This document shows, in pieces, positions 37,953 through 50,544 of a stretch of DNA of 64,000 bases. A program made the translations under genes and the position numbers. Location of the stretch: positions 1,364,001 to 1,428,000 of the forward strand of contig NW_026781982.1 in the NCBI RefSeq assembly GCF_031769215.1, read 5' to 3'. Below the pieces are notes generated by a model. The model was given only the letters and a program-made list of their open reading frames with translations. It did no database searches and was not told where the DNA came from. This DNA comes from Ylistrum balloti. Taxonomy: Eukaryota. Within the stretch, counting starts at the first letter, position 1, and the number at the start of each line of letters is the position of its first letter.

Positions 37953-40361
37953 GCTAAAAATCACAGAGACAATTAGTCGATACAGTTAATTAGCTTAGAA
38001 GCAGAGATCTCAGAAATGCCGAGACTAGTTGTAATTTCTTCCTTAGATTGTCCATTTAGAGGTAATTTGTAACTAAGTCTTTTATCAGTGGATTTCAATA
38101 AGTAGGAAATACTAATTCTGGTACAGCAACAGATACTTCAATAAATAATTTAAAATTATACAAATTTTTTTTTAATGCAAGAAGCAAATTAAACAACTAA
38201 GAACTCAAATTGTTTGAAGACAATTCATTACTTTAATAAATAACCAATTGATTATGCATTTTAATTTATTGATTATGAAACTGGAACCAATTTTCCAATC
38301 ACTATTTATCAATAATCTCATACTTCTATTTTAGACTATTGAATTTAATTCCAACACTGATCCCAGCCCCCTAGCCAGGGGAAATAGATGATATAGTGAT
38401 GACAAGTGTTCAACAGAGACAGAAGATCTTGGAGAAGTTACTCGATGTTTTAGTTAACAAGCATGCTGCTCATTAGTATCATCTAAACCTGCATTCTATC
38501 ACAGCGAGAGTGTGATCAACTTGATGAACTTAAAGACCACACACTTTGTACCAGTATCTAAGTATGTTGCAATCAACGGGATGTTTACATTAATTGTAAA
38601 TAAAGAACAATGCTTGACATAAACAATTACATCATACAGGCTTTCTTATCTATTCCATACATGTGGTTAATCTTTAGGTGATATGTACATAATTCCTTCA
38701 AGCAAACATAGATAATTATAAGAAAACAATCTTAATATTCTTATATCTTAATCCTTGTGATCCTAACTATCAAGAATAGCTTTAAATATTATCTTTATTT
38801 TTTTACCATGTTTAAGATTTCAGATCCTCTAAGGTGGTCTGCTCTGTAGTGTAAACTGTTAGATTCATATAAGAAATGATAGAACTACAGTCATGACAAC
38901 TAAGTGAATCAACACATCAACAATATATGTATACTCATACTGTAGAGGAGACAAGTCCACTTCATATTGTTTGTATGCAAAAAAAAAAAAATTATTTGTC
39001 ATTCTACTGTAAACGAACATTCTTTCATGTGGAAATTATTTCTGTAGTTTCACAATTGAAATACTATCATCAAAGTCAATTGCTGTGATTTTAATATAGA
39101 TTAAATTTACTACAATTTGAAGATTTTCTCTGATACAAATTCAACATTAACTCAAATTCAACTGGAGTTAAGGTATATGGAATTGTATAGTTCTTCAGGG
39201 TGCCTTATTGTAATAAAAATGCCTGCTAAATATATATGTAAACAAACAAACGTCTGTGATGGCCAGTTAGTCATCAGTCTGACTGTCAAACTGACCACGA
39301 TAACTTAAACCATCACAGATGTTCTGATTATTAGTCATATGGAGTCATGTGATAAGTTCACTTTCCATGAACAGTCTGATGCATTTTTATATAGGCAACG
39401 TAAGTTCACGGTAAATGTTCAGGCTTTACAATATGTGAACAACAAGTAAGACATTTCAAATTGTTTTACCATATTTGAACAGTATTGATCACCATTAGAA
39501 TTACATTTGATTAGGACTTAAGTCGCAATACAACCAATAAATCTTTAGTGTTTTACATCAATATGTTAGTCATCCATAGACGATGGCCCATCATTTCTTC
39601 CCCTGTACTTATACCAACACTTAAACTTGAAATCAAGAGAGAATTACTCGACAGAAATCAGATTTGTCTGTCTCAGAAAGCTTGGCACCTCTTCAACTCA
39701 ACACCTTCAGTTACTACAGAGCATGTGGTGAATCACTGAAACACTTACCCACCCTTAAAATATGCTGTTGGCAATGACCTCAACTCAATTGTAAATATGT
39801 CAGCGTCTGCACTCCAGAATACATATTACAAAATATCTGTGATATGATGCAAACTTACACTGTGTATTCAGGAAATTAATGATTGCCACACCGTATATAC
39901 ATATATAAAATTCACCTACGACTTGTTAAATTTTATTTGAAAATAATTTACTCTTTCAACAAATTCAACAATACATAAAGTCTCAAGAAAGATCCTGTAG
40001 CAAGAATAAAGCTTAAATTTAAAACTTTATGTTCGTTTTTTGACAGATGATAAAAATTATCTTTTAGAGATATTCTACCAATGATATTCAAAATCTAAAT
40101 AAACCATGTATGAATCTTTGATAATAATAATGTTTTTACATGGTACATATTGGTACACATACAAGTAATGATTGATGATATTAGATAATTATAAAACAGT
40201 ATTCTAATATTGAGTCAAATCTTTTCCAGAAATGGATATTTCTTAATTGAGATATCACAGAAATAAGTTTTAGTATTAGATTAAGATTAGGGTAATTCAG
40301 GTGTTATTGGAGTCTGGTAGGGTAAAGTCAAGTACTGGAAAGCTGTAATAGTAGTAGTAAC

Positions 40362-40579
40362 CTTTATTTATTTTACAACAATTGCGAAACAAGTTATGTC
40401 AACTTATACTAATCACTCTTGTTGGCCCGGATGTAAGCGCGCGAGGGGTCTTATTGTGGGAGGAAACCGGAGTACCCGGGGAAAACCCACGTGATCGGGC
40501 AGGTGACCCCTTACCTTTCCGGGACTCGAACCCGGTCGGCTAGGTGAAAGGCAAGTGCGTTACCACTGCACCACCCGGC
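40362..40579 (-). mobile_element. Intact tRNA-derived SINE with V-domain (V-SINE-like)
   Basis: Minus strand: A-box TGGTGCAGTGG, B-box GGTTCGAGTCC, V-domain core GTGGGTTTTCCCCGGGTACTCCGGTTTCCTCCCAC, AT-rich tail AAATAAATAAAG followed by (TAC)n. Confidence 0.85.
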
Positions 40580-41852
40580 TGTAAGGTTTCACAGCAATAA
40601 GTAAATAAAGGTAACTAATGCTTTTGAGAAATATATTGCATCTATTTGTTGGTGCAGTCTAATTATACCACGAAACCAAAAGCAAATTTACATATAATGA
40701 AGACAAAAGAAAATGTAATTTTAATTAATATAGATAACTATGTGATAAAATGTATTGATCGTTTTCTAAAACCCCTCTGAGGACATCAAAGGTATGACAC
40801 AATTGACAATATTGATGATGATTGCCTTGAGTGATGACAATGGAGATCGGCTATGTTGCCATGACAAAAGGATTCTGTAACTGTTGCAGCTGCTCAATAC
40901 TGCCAATTTCAGTGCACCAATAGCCTCTCCCTCTAGATCCCGCACCTAATTAGTCAGCTTTACTAACTGCAGCATTTCAAAATGCAAATTAAGTGAGCCT
41001 TTGTCCCGTTTACAGACAGACTTGAGAACTGTACTGACAGAACTCATGAAGGAAATTATTTTTACTAGACCAGATGTGATACCATGTAATTTTAAACATG
41101 GCTAAATAATTGAATGAAAAATTGAATAATTCTTTTTAATGTGATAAAATAAGACATTAAGACATGATTTAATGAAATAACCAAATTTAGACAATTTTTT
41201 CATTAAAATTATTTTATCGGACACATTTGAATGCATATGTTTGTATTGTGTTGACAAGTACAAATATACCTGAGGTCAACCTGGGAGTTTCCATTCAAGT
41301 CCAAGTCTGGTAATAAGCCCACCCATATATATTGAATGTTTTGGAGACAATATACTACCACTATCCTGCAATAAGCCCCACTTCACAATGAAAGTCAGAA
41401 ATTAGTTGTACCTGTGTATAAATGTTGACTGGATAGATGTACAGTGTAGCATTATGAAATATTCTTTAATTACAAAACTGTTGAAATGTATTTTAAGGAT
41501 CCAGCTAGGATTTAAAATAAAGGCTGCCTATTTTGACCTTTGACACTTGTCTTTAGGGCCCCTTTTGGTGGTCAGATGTATTTCTGAAGTCAACCACTTC
41601 TAGGTAGTTATGATGATAAAAGGTGTTAAACATATTGACCTGTAAGTGTCTCTGAGGTAATAAATCTACCTGTAAAACCATTAGAATGGCCTTGACCTAT
41701 ATTTTTGTGACAGACTTCAAAGGATTTCAAATGATAGCAGCAGGCCTCCTTTATAGAGCAGAAATTTCGGGAACTGACATTCACAAACACTTTTTCTTTT
41801 GTCAAGTCTACAAATCTAATATTATTCTCCATACAGATCATGACTACTATAA

Positions 41853-42017
41853 GTTTATTTTACAACAATCAGGAAACAGTTATATCAACTTAGATTAACC
41901 ACTCATGTTGGTTCCATGGGCACACAAGACTAATTGGTGAAAACCCATGTAATCAGCATATTTCTTTTCATATGATTAGGGAACTCCGGTTTTCCTCCAC
42001 CACCCAAACCTGACACC
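41853..42017. mobile_element. Fragmented SINE remnants (minus-strand 3' end of the V-SINE family plus a plus-strand V-domain core)
   Basis: 41853-41915 aligns by eye with the 3' part of the 40362 copy. 41979-42017 GGGAACTCCGGTTTTCCTCCACCACCC resembles the V-domain. Confidence 0.5.
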
Positions 42018-42844
42018 TAAACTAAACAATCAGGGAATCGGGTATCAGCCACCTGCATTGGGTAAAAGAACAATGGATCAACATCGTGGCACCCAGTCAC
42101 ATACCCAACAGACATCATGACTGCATGTTTTTACATGCAGTTATATAATATAACAGTACTTAAATCTCGATGGCAATGAATTTTGATGTTATGACATAGA
42201 TATAAGCCTATATCACATTTGACACATGTCTTTTCCACTAACGCTTAACCCTTCAGATATAAACATATGGTTAAGCTTTATATAGACATACATTTGTAAT
42301 CATCCAATACGCAGGAAGTCTGGTCATGAATTTTAAATATGTAATCAGTATTTTGCAAACACGACATGCTGAAATATTTAGGAGAATGCCAGACAATAGA
42401 ATTGCTAGCTATTGTATAGTGAAGTCTAAGATTAGAAAGCTGATTACTAACTCAACACATGAACAGTTTCCTCTGAACCTTCACCAACTTTATTGAATCC
42501 TTTGTTATTGAGTCACTACTTGTCCAGCAACAGCAGCGAAAAGTCTTAAAACTTCAGCCACTGGTAGGATATCGACATAAAATATAATCTCACCGATACC
42601 ACATATGAAGATATTAACTTTGCTTATTGTCCATTGCAGTAAAATCATATTCTAAAACGTTTTTTTCAAATCCAAACAATATCCAAGACTTTCTAATGTA
42701 TAAGGCTTATATGACGTATCACCGAGTCGGAAACTGTATATCATTGGCATTTCATGTCTGTAATAAGCCCATCCCTGTATCTAAATTGGAAGTCATAAGC
42801 TGAGCCAAATCCTAACATTCACTGGCCTCCATTAACAAGACTTG

Positions 42845-43825
42845 ATACAGAGAGACAACCAGATTAGTGGTGACTGGCCTGGTTCAACAAGGCTGGATAC
42901 AGAAAGCAAACCAGATTAGTGGTGACTGGTCTGGTTTAACAAGGCTGGACATAGAGAGACAACCAGATTAGTGGTGACTGGTCTAGAGTAACAAGGCTGA
43001 ATACAGAAAGCAAACCAGATTAGTGATGACTCGTCTGGAGTAAAAAGGCTGGATACAGAGAGACAACCTGATAAGTGTTGACTGGTCTGGAGTAACAAGG
43101 CTGGATACAGAAAGCAAACCAGATTAGTGGTGACTGGTCTGGAGTAACAAGGTTGGATACAGAGAGACAACCAGATTAGTGATGACTGGCCTGAAGTAAC
43201 AAGGTTAGATACAGAGAGACAACAAGGTTAGTGGTGACTGGCCTGGAGTAAAAAGGCTGGATACAGAAAGCAAACCAGATTAGTGATGACTGGTCTGGAG
43301 TAAAAAGGCTGGATACAGAGAGACAACCAGATTAGTGGTGATCGGCCTGGAGTAACAAGGCTGGATACAGAGAGACAACAAGGTTAGTGATGACTGGTCT
43401 GGAGTAACAAGGCTGGATACAGAGAGAAAACCAGATTAGTGGTGACTGGTCTAGAGTAGCAAGGCTGGATACAGAGAGACAACCAGATTAGTGGTGATCG
43501 GCCTGGAGTAATAACAAGGCTGGATACAGAGAGACAACAAGGCTGGTGGTGACTGGCCTGGAGTAACAAGGCTGGATACAGAGAGACAACAAGATTAGTG
43601 GTGACTGGCCTGGAGTAACAAGGCTGGATACAAAGAGACAACCAGATTAGTGGTGACTGGCCTGGAGTAACAAGGCTGGATACAGAAAGCAAACCAGATT
43701 AGTGGTGACTGGTCTAGAGTAACAAGGCTGGATATAGGAAGACAACTAGACCAGTGGTTAGGGGCCAGAAGTAAAACGACTAGATACAGAGAGACAATCT
43801 AGTTAGTGGTAACTGGCCTGGAGCA
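42845..43825. repeat. Minisatellite, 52-bp unit, ~19 copies
   Basis: GGCTGGATACAGAGAGACAACCAGATTAGTGGTGACTGGCCTGGAGTAACAA; spacing 42891, 42943, 42995. Confidence 0.95.
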
Positions 43826-45208
43826 AAAATATTTTAATACATTAGAAATACAATTTTTGAGAAGGCTATATCATATCACATTAATGACCTCCTGATATAA
43901 TCCTATTGATGTAAAACACTAATCACAATGTCAATAATTTGAGTATGATATAAAAAAAACTTCAAGAATGTGAAACCTTCAAAACACATATATCTGCTAC
44001 TGTAAACAGTTATTATCCATTTCAAACGAACTGCTATGATGAATGTCAATCATTACACAACTAGGTGGCTGGGGTGACATTTCACACAGAAATTATGTGA
44101 CTTATGATGAAAATTAGCTACAAGCTGAACAAGTCATTTTAAAGCGTCCATGTTATTATAGTAATTATCATGAAGCCTGTATAAGAATCTAGACAAATCT
44201 TTGTAGATATTAATCAATATAACGCATATTTCAATATAACACGATGGATGTTATCTTCATGAATACTTTATTTGTACGTGAACTGAGAAATATTCCTTGA
44301 TCAAACAATATAATGAAATAAGTATATTTACCTTCCTGATACAAAAAGCTAATATTGCAATTTCATCTTTCTCTCTGTGATAATAAATATATTAATCTGA
44401 CAAGAGAGTTTTAAGATCAGATTATGATACAATGAAAAATAATTGTCAAGCTCACGCATATACCACATTTTATGCAAGGCTGAGTCGTTTTTTATTATTT
44501 TTCAATAACCTTCCTTAAATAACCAAATTCAATTTATTCTAAAACAAAATTTCTGAAACTGATATCTGCATTTTGATTAAATAGAAACACAGTATTCGGT
44601 AACATTATTTACAAAAACAGTTGTTGAAAAATATTTAATACGAAAACTCAATTAATTTTAAGTCTGTCGATAGAGTCCCTCGTGGATTTTAATTTCTCTC
44701 CATGAACTCAAGCTATATTGTGTACTTTACATTATCTTGACATGTATGACATTTAAGGACGTTATTCTATTGGTTATTTGTCTCAAAAATATCCTCTCCT
44801 GTGACCTTATCTTTATGTTGGCGAGTGAAAACCTCACGGTGCGAACTAATGTTCTATTTTATGTAAAGCAGACTTGCAGGCAATCAAGCCACTTCAATTA
44901 CATCATATATAGTGGTATAAGCATGCTTTGATTCAGAATAAAGCCAATCTAACAGAGACATTAGTAATACTGTGTTTGTAAAAATATCAAATATTTAGTA
45001 CAATTTTTTTTTTCATTTTTCTAACTTTAAATTTTAATTAAATATTGTTTTAGTTTTCTTTTCAAATGTAACTGATAGTTTCTTTCTTCTGATAATATAA
45101 AACTTGAAAATAAATGAACATTTTAAAATTTTAGGTAGGTTATGTTTATCTTAAACATATGATAACAGGAAACTGTAATGACAATGCTATTTTTAATTAT
45201 CATCTTAC

Positions 45209-45237
45209 CTGTAGTAGTACTTAGAGACATGAGCCAT
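45209..45237 (-). CDS. KLHL5: Candidate alternative first coding exon 1B (MAHVSKYYYR)
   Basis: ATG at 45237 in context ATTATGG, donor TACAG|gtaaga, phase 2. The upstream 45320-45520 segment is GC/CpG-richer with CACGTG and TGTTTAC motifs. Confidence 0.5.
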
Positions 45238-47775
45238 AATCCCTTCATAACACACAAGCAACTCCCAACACATCAACCAGAACAAGACTTGTTAAAAATT
45301 TCAACATCCAACAAATTAATCACCGAAGACTGAGGAGCACGTGGAACAGAAGGAGCCCTGCTATGACAACATCACCACCATAGACTCGCGCAACTCTCAA
45401 TCAGGCTGCACGTTGTTTACTTGTTGTCTAGGCACATTAATATTACCTAGCCCATGTGCTCCTTATCGACTTTGTACACGACCTGAGGTGTAAATTGCGG
45501 GTGGTGTAAGGAGTTAATTAATTTCCTGTAATTAGTAAGATTGAGTAGTATATAGTGTAAGCTCCTGTTGATCTCTAAAACAATGGATTCTGTCGATGTG
45601 TAAATGTGTTTTGTCTAACACACTGCTGCCTATATAATACACTCCTGATACTGCCTCTACACAGCTCTCACCAAACCATCATACTGTTGCTCCAGCCTCT
45701 GTAACCAGCCAACGACAAGCGCTCCTCATCACCTGCCATGTGTGACACAATGACACAATAGCCTCTAGGAGTCACACTTGAATGCCCACCCCAATTTAAT
45801 ACCACATTTCACAAAGCAGTACCACCCCTCTTACTGAGAAACCAGCTGATCCTTGCAATATGTTACCGTGGGGAGCTTTGTATGAAATAATAGCGCATTG
45901 TATTTGTCATTTGAATGCTTTCAGCTTATATATGTTGCCCAAATCAATAAATATAACTATACAGAATTTTTGAATATCATCAATCATTTCCTTTTTTGCG
46001 ATCTGTATCACCTGTACTGGGACAGCTGTGTGTGTATCTGTTTATACATTTCAGCATTGCTATGTACATTCCTACAACATCTGACCAGTTTATCATATAT
46101 CATGATTATATATCATCCTTTACTTTGTGTCTCAAGTAAGCATGTGGAGATTTATTTTGCACTTCATATTTCAGATAATTCCCTTTGTTATAATACTCCA
46201 ACCTTCATTTCCTAATAGATCTTATTTTTTTCAATTATCAAAATAGATTTAGTTTAAGAAATTGAAAATAATTTCTTTCACATCTTTAGACATATACATG
46301 CAACATTTATTTCTTTTATTAACGAACTGTTCCTTGTTGATGAAATTATTCATAAAACCTTATTTAATTTCACTCTCCATGAAGAAATTCAATCAAATTT
46401 TCAGGAAGCTTTCAAACATGTTGAAATTTTCATTACTTTTTTTAAATATTACAATCTTTTTCAATTTAATACAATTTATTTTATGCCACAACATAAAAAC
46501 TGAGAGAAACTGGAAACGTGAGAAGTTTATCTGATATGGGAGTGTTCACTGTTGGCTTCAATTCCATACTTTACTGCATTGATGACTGTTAAAGCTGAGT
46601 GCTATGCATGTCGCAAGCAATTGTGCAATGATGCATGGCACATACAAATACATGAATGCATGGAATATGCCATACTCACTCATGCAATCATGCATAGGAA
46701 TACTTGCATGTTCATAGTAAGTGAAGTAAAGAAATTTAATGTAATGTTTGTTTTTCATGTTGCAGGTTTAGGGTTACACACAAGATATGCTGTGTTTAAC
46801 TTCCAGGCATAAATTTCCTGCATGATCTGACACATCTTGTTTCCATAAGAGTGATTAAAGTCGAGACTGTATCAGGGAAACAGAAAGTTCCCGATGATTT
46901 AGCTAAAGGATATATGATACATGCTGGTTATTTGATAGACTGGAACCTAATGAAGTCTTATTTAAATGATTGCTTTGATATGATATCTAGTTTCTCATTA
47001 CAACTCAAAATTAAATGGAAAAAAAGAAACCTGTTGAACAGAAAAAATAATCCTGTTCATAAATTGTGAAACAATTCCTGAAAAGAACTCCTGACCTGAC
47101 TGAGGAACAAAAGTTACCTCCCTTGTTTTTTTACCTCAAAAACATTTTCTGCACTTTCTATCAAAAAAATCTGTGATAAAACACCGATCCCCTGACTGGA
47201 ATTTGGTTCTCCATCTCTATTATTTCCAGCCCCATCATTGTTTAAGGGACTGGCATCAAAAGGAATACTGCAGAAGTAATTTAGTTAAAGCCTAGAGTGG
47301 AATGAGGAAGGTCACCAACCACAGGAGACTGTGGATTGGGAGATATGGTGAGAACTCAGACATCTAAGAGTATACATAGAAGGCAAATTTTACAAAAACA
47401 AAATTTAAAGGCTGGGAATCTGATATCAGCTACCATATCCAAAAAAGAAACTGAAAATCTGCCATGGGCTCCCTGCCATTATAAAAGTAGAGACGAATAA
47501 ATGTCAAATCCACTTCTTATGTCATCATTTCATGATCATGAATTTTTTTCACAACAGTTATCTTCACTTTCGCAGAATAAATTGAGGCTGCAGTTCACTC
47601 CTTCCCTCTCACAACAATTTTTTTTAATGCGTATCTGTGATTTTTTTGTTTTGCCATGTACTTCTTCACCTGCTAACTTTGCAACAACATCAAACCCTTT
47701 CTGATGAAATGAAATTCACACATAATGCAGACAATCTTAATTATACAAGTGTCCATCTCAAGACGAGCTGGGGTG

Positions 47776-48011
47776 ATCAGGTGGCACAGTGGTAACGCAC
47801 TCACCTTCCATCTAGATATCCAGGGTTTGATTACCAGAATGGATGATAGGGGGAGGGGATGTCACCTGCCAGACCACGTAAGTTTTCCATGGGTACATTC
47901 TTTATCTGTTATTCTTCCCCCACAGTAAGACCCATCACTCACTTACATCAGGGCCAACAAGTGTGATTTATATAAGTCAACTGTTTCACAATTGTTGAAC
48001 AATAAATAAAG
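47776..48011 (+). mobile_element. Diverged copy of the same V-SINE-like family
   Basis: GGTGGCACAGTGGTAACGCACTCACCTTCC head, degraded B-box, then GTCACCTGCCAGACCACGT, CTTACATCAGGGCCAACAAG and tail AATAAATAAAG, collinear with the 40362-40579 copy. Confidence 0.75.
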
Positions 48012-48439
48012 TTGATAATAAACAAGTGAGTTTGTTATCGTATAAAATCATCTAATAACAATGATATTGTAACCTGACAAGAACATGATCGACCACGATC
48101 AAGGGGATGTCCAGATAATATGAAAAGACAGGCAAATCATGTGTGATAATGACATAATTTATGATGTTAGGTCAGGTTAATTATGTCAGGCAAAATCTGG
48201 CAACAACATTGAATTTTCACAGGTGAATTAATAGGTGGTAACTGTTAAACCATAGAACCTTATAATAGAACAGTGTGATTACATTGCATTTTAAATTACA
48301 ACCCCTTCTTCTGCTTCCTAATATAAATATCCTGACATTTTACAGTATTTTGCTAAAGTACAATTTAATACAATATACTTTACCCCATGTGGGCGCATAT
48401 TGTAATACACTATGTACCTAATTAGTTAAATTGATGGTT

Positions 48440-49138
48440 GGGAGAGTGGGAGTCTGAGGGGGGAGTCTGAGGGGATTGGGGGAGGGGGAGTCTGAGGGGA
48501 TTGGGGGAGGGGGAGTCTGATGGGATTGGGGGAGGGGGAGTCTGAGGGAGGAGTCTAAGGGGATTGGGGGAGGGGGAGTCTGAGGGAGGAGTCTGAGGGG
48601 ATTGGGGGAGGGGGAATCTGAGGGGGGAGTCTGAGGGGATCGGGGGAGTGGGAGTCTGAGGGGGGAGTCTGAGGGGATCGGGGGAGTGGGAGTCTGAGGG
48701 GGGAGTCTGAGGGGATTGGGGGAGGGGGAGTCTGAGGGGATCGGGGGAGGGGGAATCTGAGGGAGGAGTCTGATGGGATTGGGGGAGGGGGAGTCTGAGG
48801 GAGGAGTCTAAGGGGATTGGGGGAGGGGGAGTCTGAGGGAGGAGTCTGAGGGGATTGGGGGAGGGGGAATCTGAGGGGGGAGTCTGAGGGGATCGGGGGA
48901 GTGGGAGTCTGAGGGGGGAGTCTGAGGGGATCGGGGGAGTGGGAGTCTGAGGGGGGAGTCTGAGGGGATTGGGGGAGGGGGAGTCTGAGGGGATCGGGGG
49001 AGGGGGAATCTGAGGGAGGAGTCTAAGGGGATTGGGGGAGGGAGAGTCTGAGGGGATCGGGGGAGGGGGAATCGGAGGAAGGAGTCTAAGGGGATTGGGG
49101 GAGGGGGAATCTGAGGGGGTTGGGGGAAGGGGAGTCTG
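48440..49138. repeat. G-rich purine minisatellite (mixed ~12/24/36-bp modules), G-quadruplex-forming on the plus strand
   Basis: Modules GGGGATTGGGGGAG / GGGGGAGTCTGA with dozens of G4-G6 runs separated by short loops. Confidence 0.9.
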
Positions 49139-50499
49139 ACATGGATCCAAAAAAGGAAGGTTTGGTAGTTTGAATTTTCTGGACAAGATCATAGTTGCAA
49201 ATTTTCTAATCACCTGATATGAACACCTGGATCACAATGTAAATACATACAGGATATAAATTGTACAAAAAACACATGTGAAACTCAGGTACAATTACAA
49301 CAGGTAATTTAAATCTGGTACCTTAGGATCAACAACATTACTGTATGTGATGCATTGTGTTAATGTTTTGATATTTTGAACATTATACATTATATTAGTA
49401 TTGATATAAAAATGGTATGTATACAAAATAGATTACCATACAACTTGAGTAGTGTTATACGGATATTTTTTCATGATTAGAATGAATAACATCATGGAAT
49501 CAGGAATCATACAGATAAAATGAAATGTTCTCCCTAACAGTTCCCTAGTCCCTATTACATACACTGTAAACAGGATATGTAAACATCATGCTAAAGCAGA
49601 TATTCTGGAGGAAACATACCATTAACACTAAATATTGATATAACCTTATTACCTTTCATACAGCCATTACTTCCAATACATTTCTAACCCAATATAATCA
49701 AATTTCAGAGCACTCCATTGGAAATTGTACACCCACCCACACATACATCACATGTGTACAACGTGGGAATCTTACATGAATCCTACACACTTTTTTATCA
49801 ACATTTAACATCAATCCAATTAAAAACTTCCAATTTACACAGGTTACATGTTCAAAAACATTCATTTCTTACGTTAGAAAACTTTACAGGCTATAAAATG
49901 CAACAAAAGTGTTAACAAACTGTTTCCACTGTATCAACACCAAAAAGAATCTACACACAGGAGTTTCTGGACCATTCATAAAAATGCATTCTCTTTATAT
50001 ATCTTTCCAACTCCTGTTTGTGGTACCAAAGGCAAACATTCCAGTATTTACATGTACACACTGTTATAAATGAGCTGAAGGTCAACACTCACAATGTACC
50101 TTCCTATCTGAATCAGGAACACAAGCATGTCAATTTTACTTAAAATCTGATGAATAAGCGCTTATTTTGATAGATACTTTTAAAATCCTTACTCTGGAAA
50201 CAAATACAACTTTTTAAAATTCATATTGAATTTCTTTCATTGCATATATAAGACATAACATCATAATTTGTTATGAAGCTTTATCTAAATTTCTGCAGTA
50301 TAAATCAAAAGCTATACCAAATATCTGATAAAATTATTGCCTAGTTACGTTATCCATCTCTTTCCTACAACTTTCTGAAGTCTCAATATTTGTGTTTCCA
50401 CAAAAACAAACCTAAACTTTTTTTTCAGCTATGTCATCAGTAAACATTCAATTATCTCCCCTTGTACACCGCCCTTCCAAAAATTACAGTGTATCTTAC

Positions 50500-50544
50500 C
50501 TTGGCTCCCCTTCTCGGCTTGTGTGGTTTTCTGGTGCATACAAC
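50500..50544 (-). CDS. KLHL5: Candidate 45-nt symmetric (phase 2-2) mini-exon of KLHL5-like (LYAPENHTSREGEPR)
   Basis: Acceptor tttgtatttacag|G, donor CCAAG|gtaaga. Purine-rich body, open and in frame with the exon at 33684. Confidence 0.65.

Noticed and set aside
40515-40579. tRNA gene
   Set aside because: A/B boxes are present, but the anticodon and acceptor stems do not pair and the head continues into a V-domain SINE body.
48422-49213. 263-aa Pro/Ser-rich (extensin- or formin-like) ORF
   Set aside because: Translation of the C-rich strand of the G-rich minisatellite. No splice sites linking it to the gene were found.
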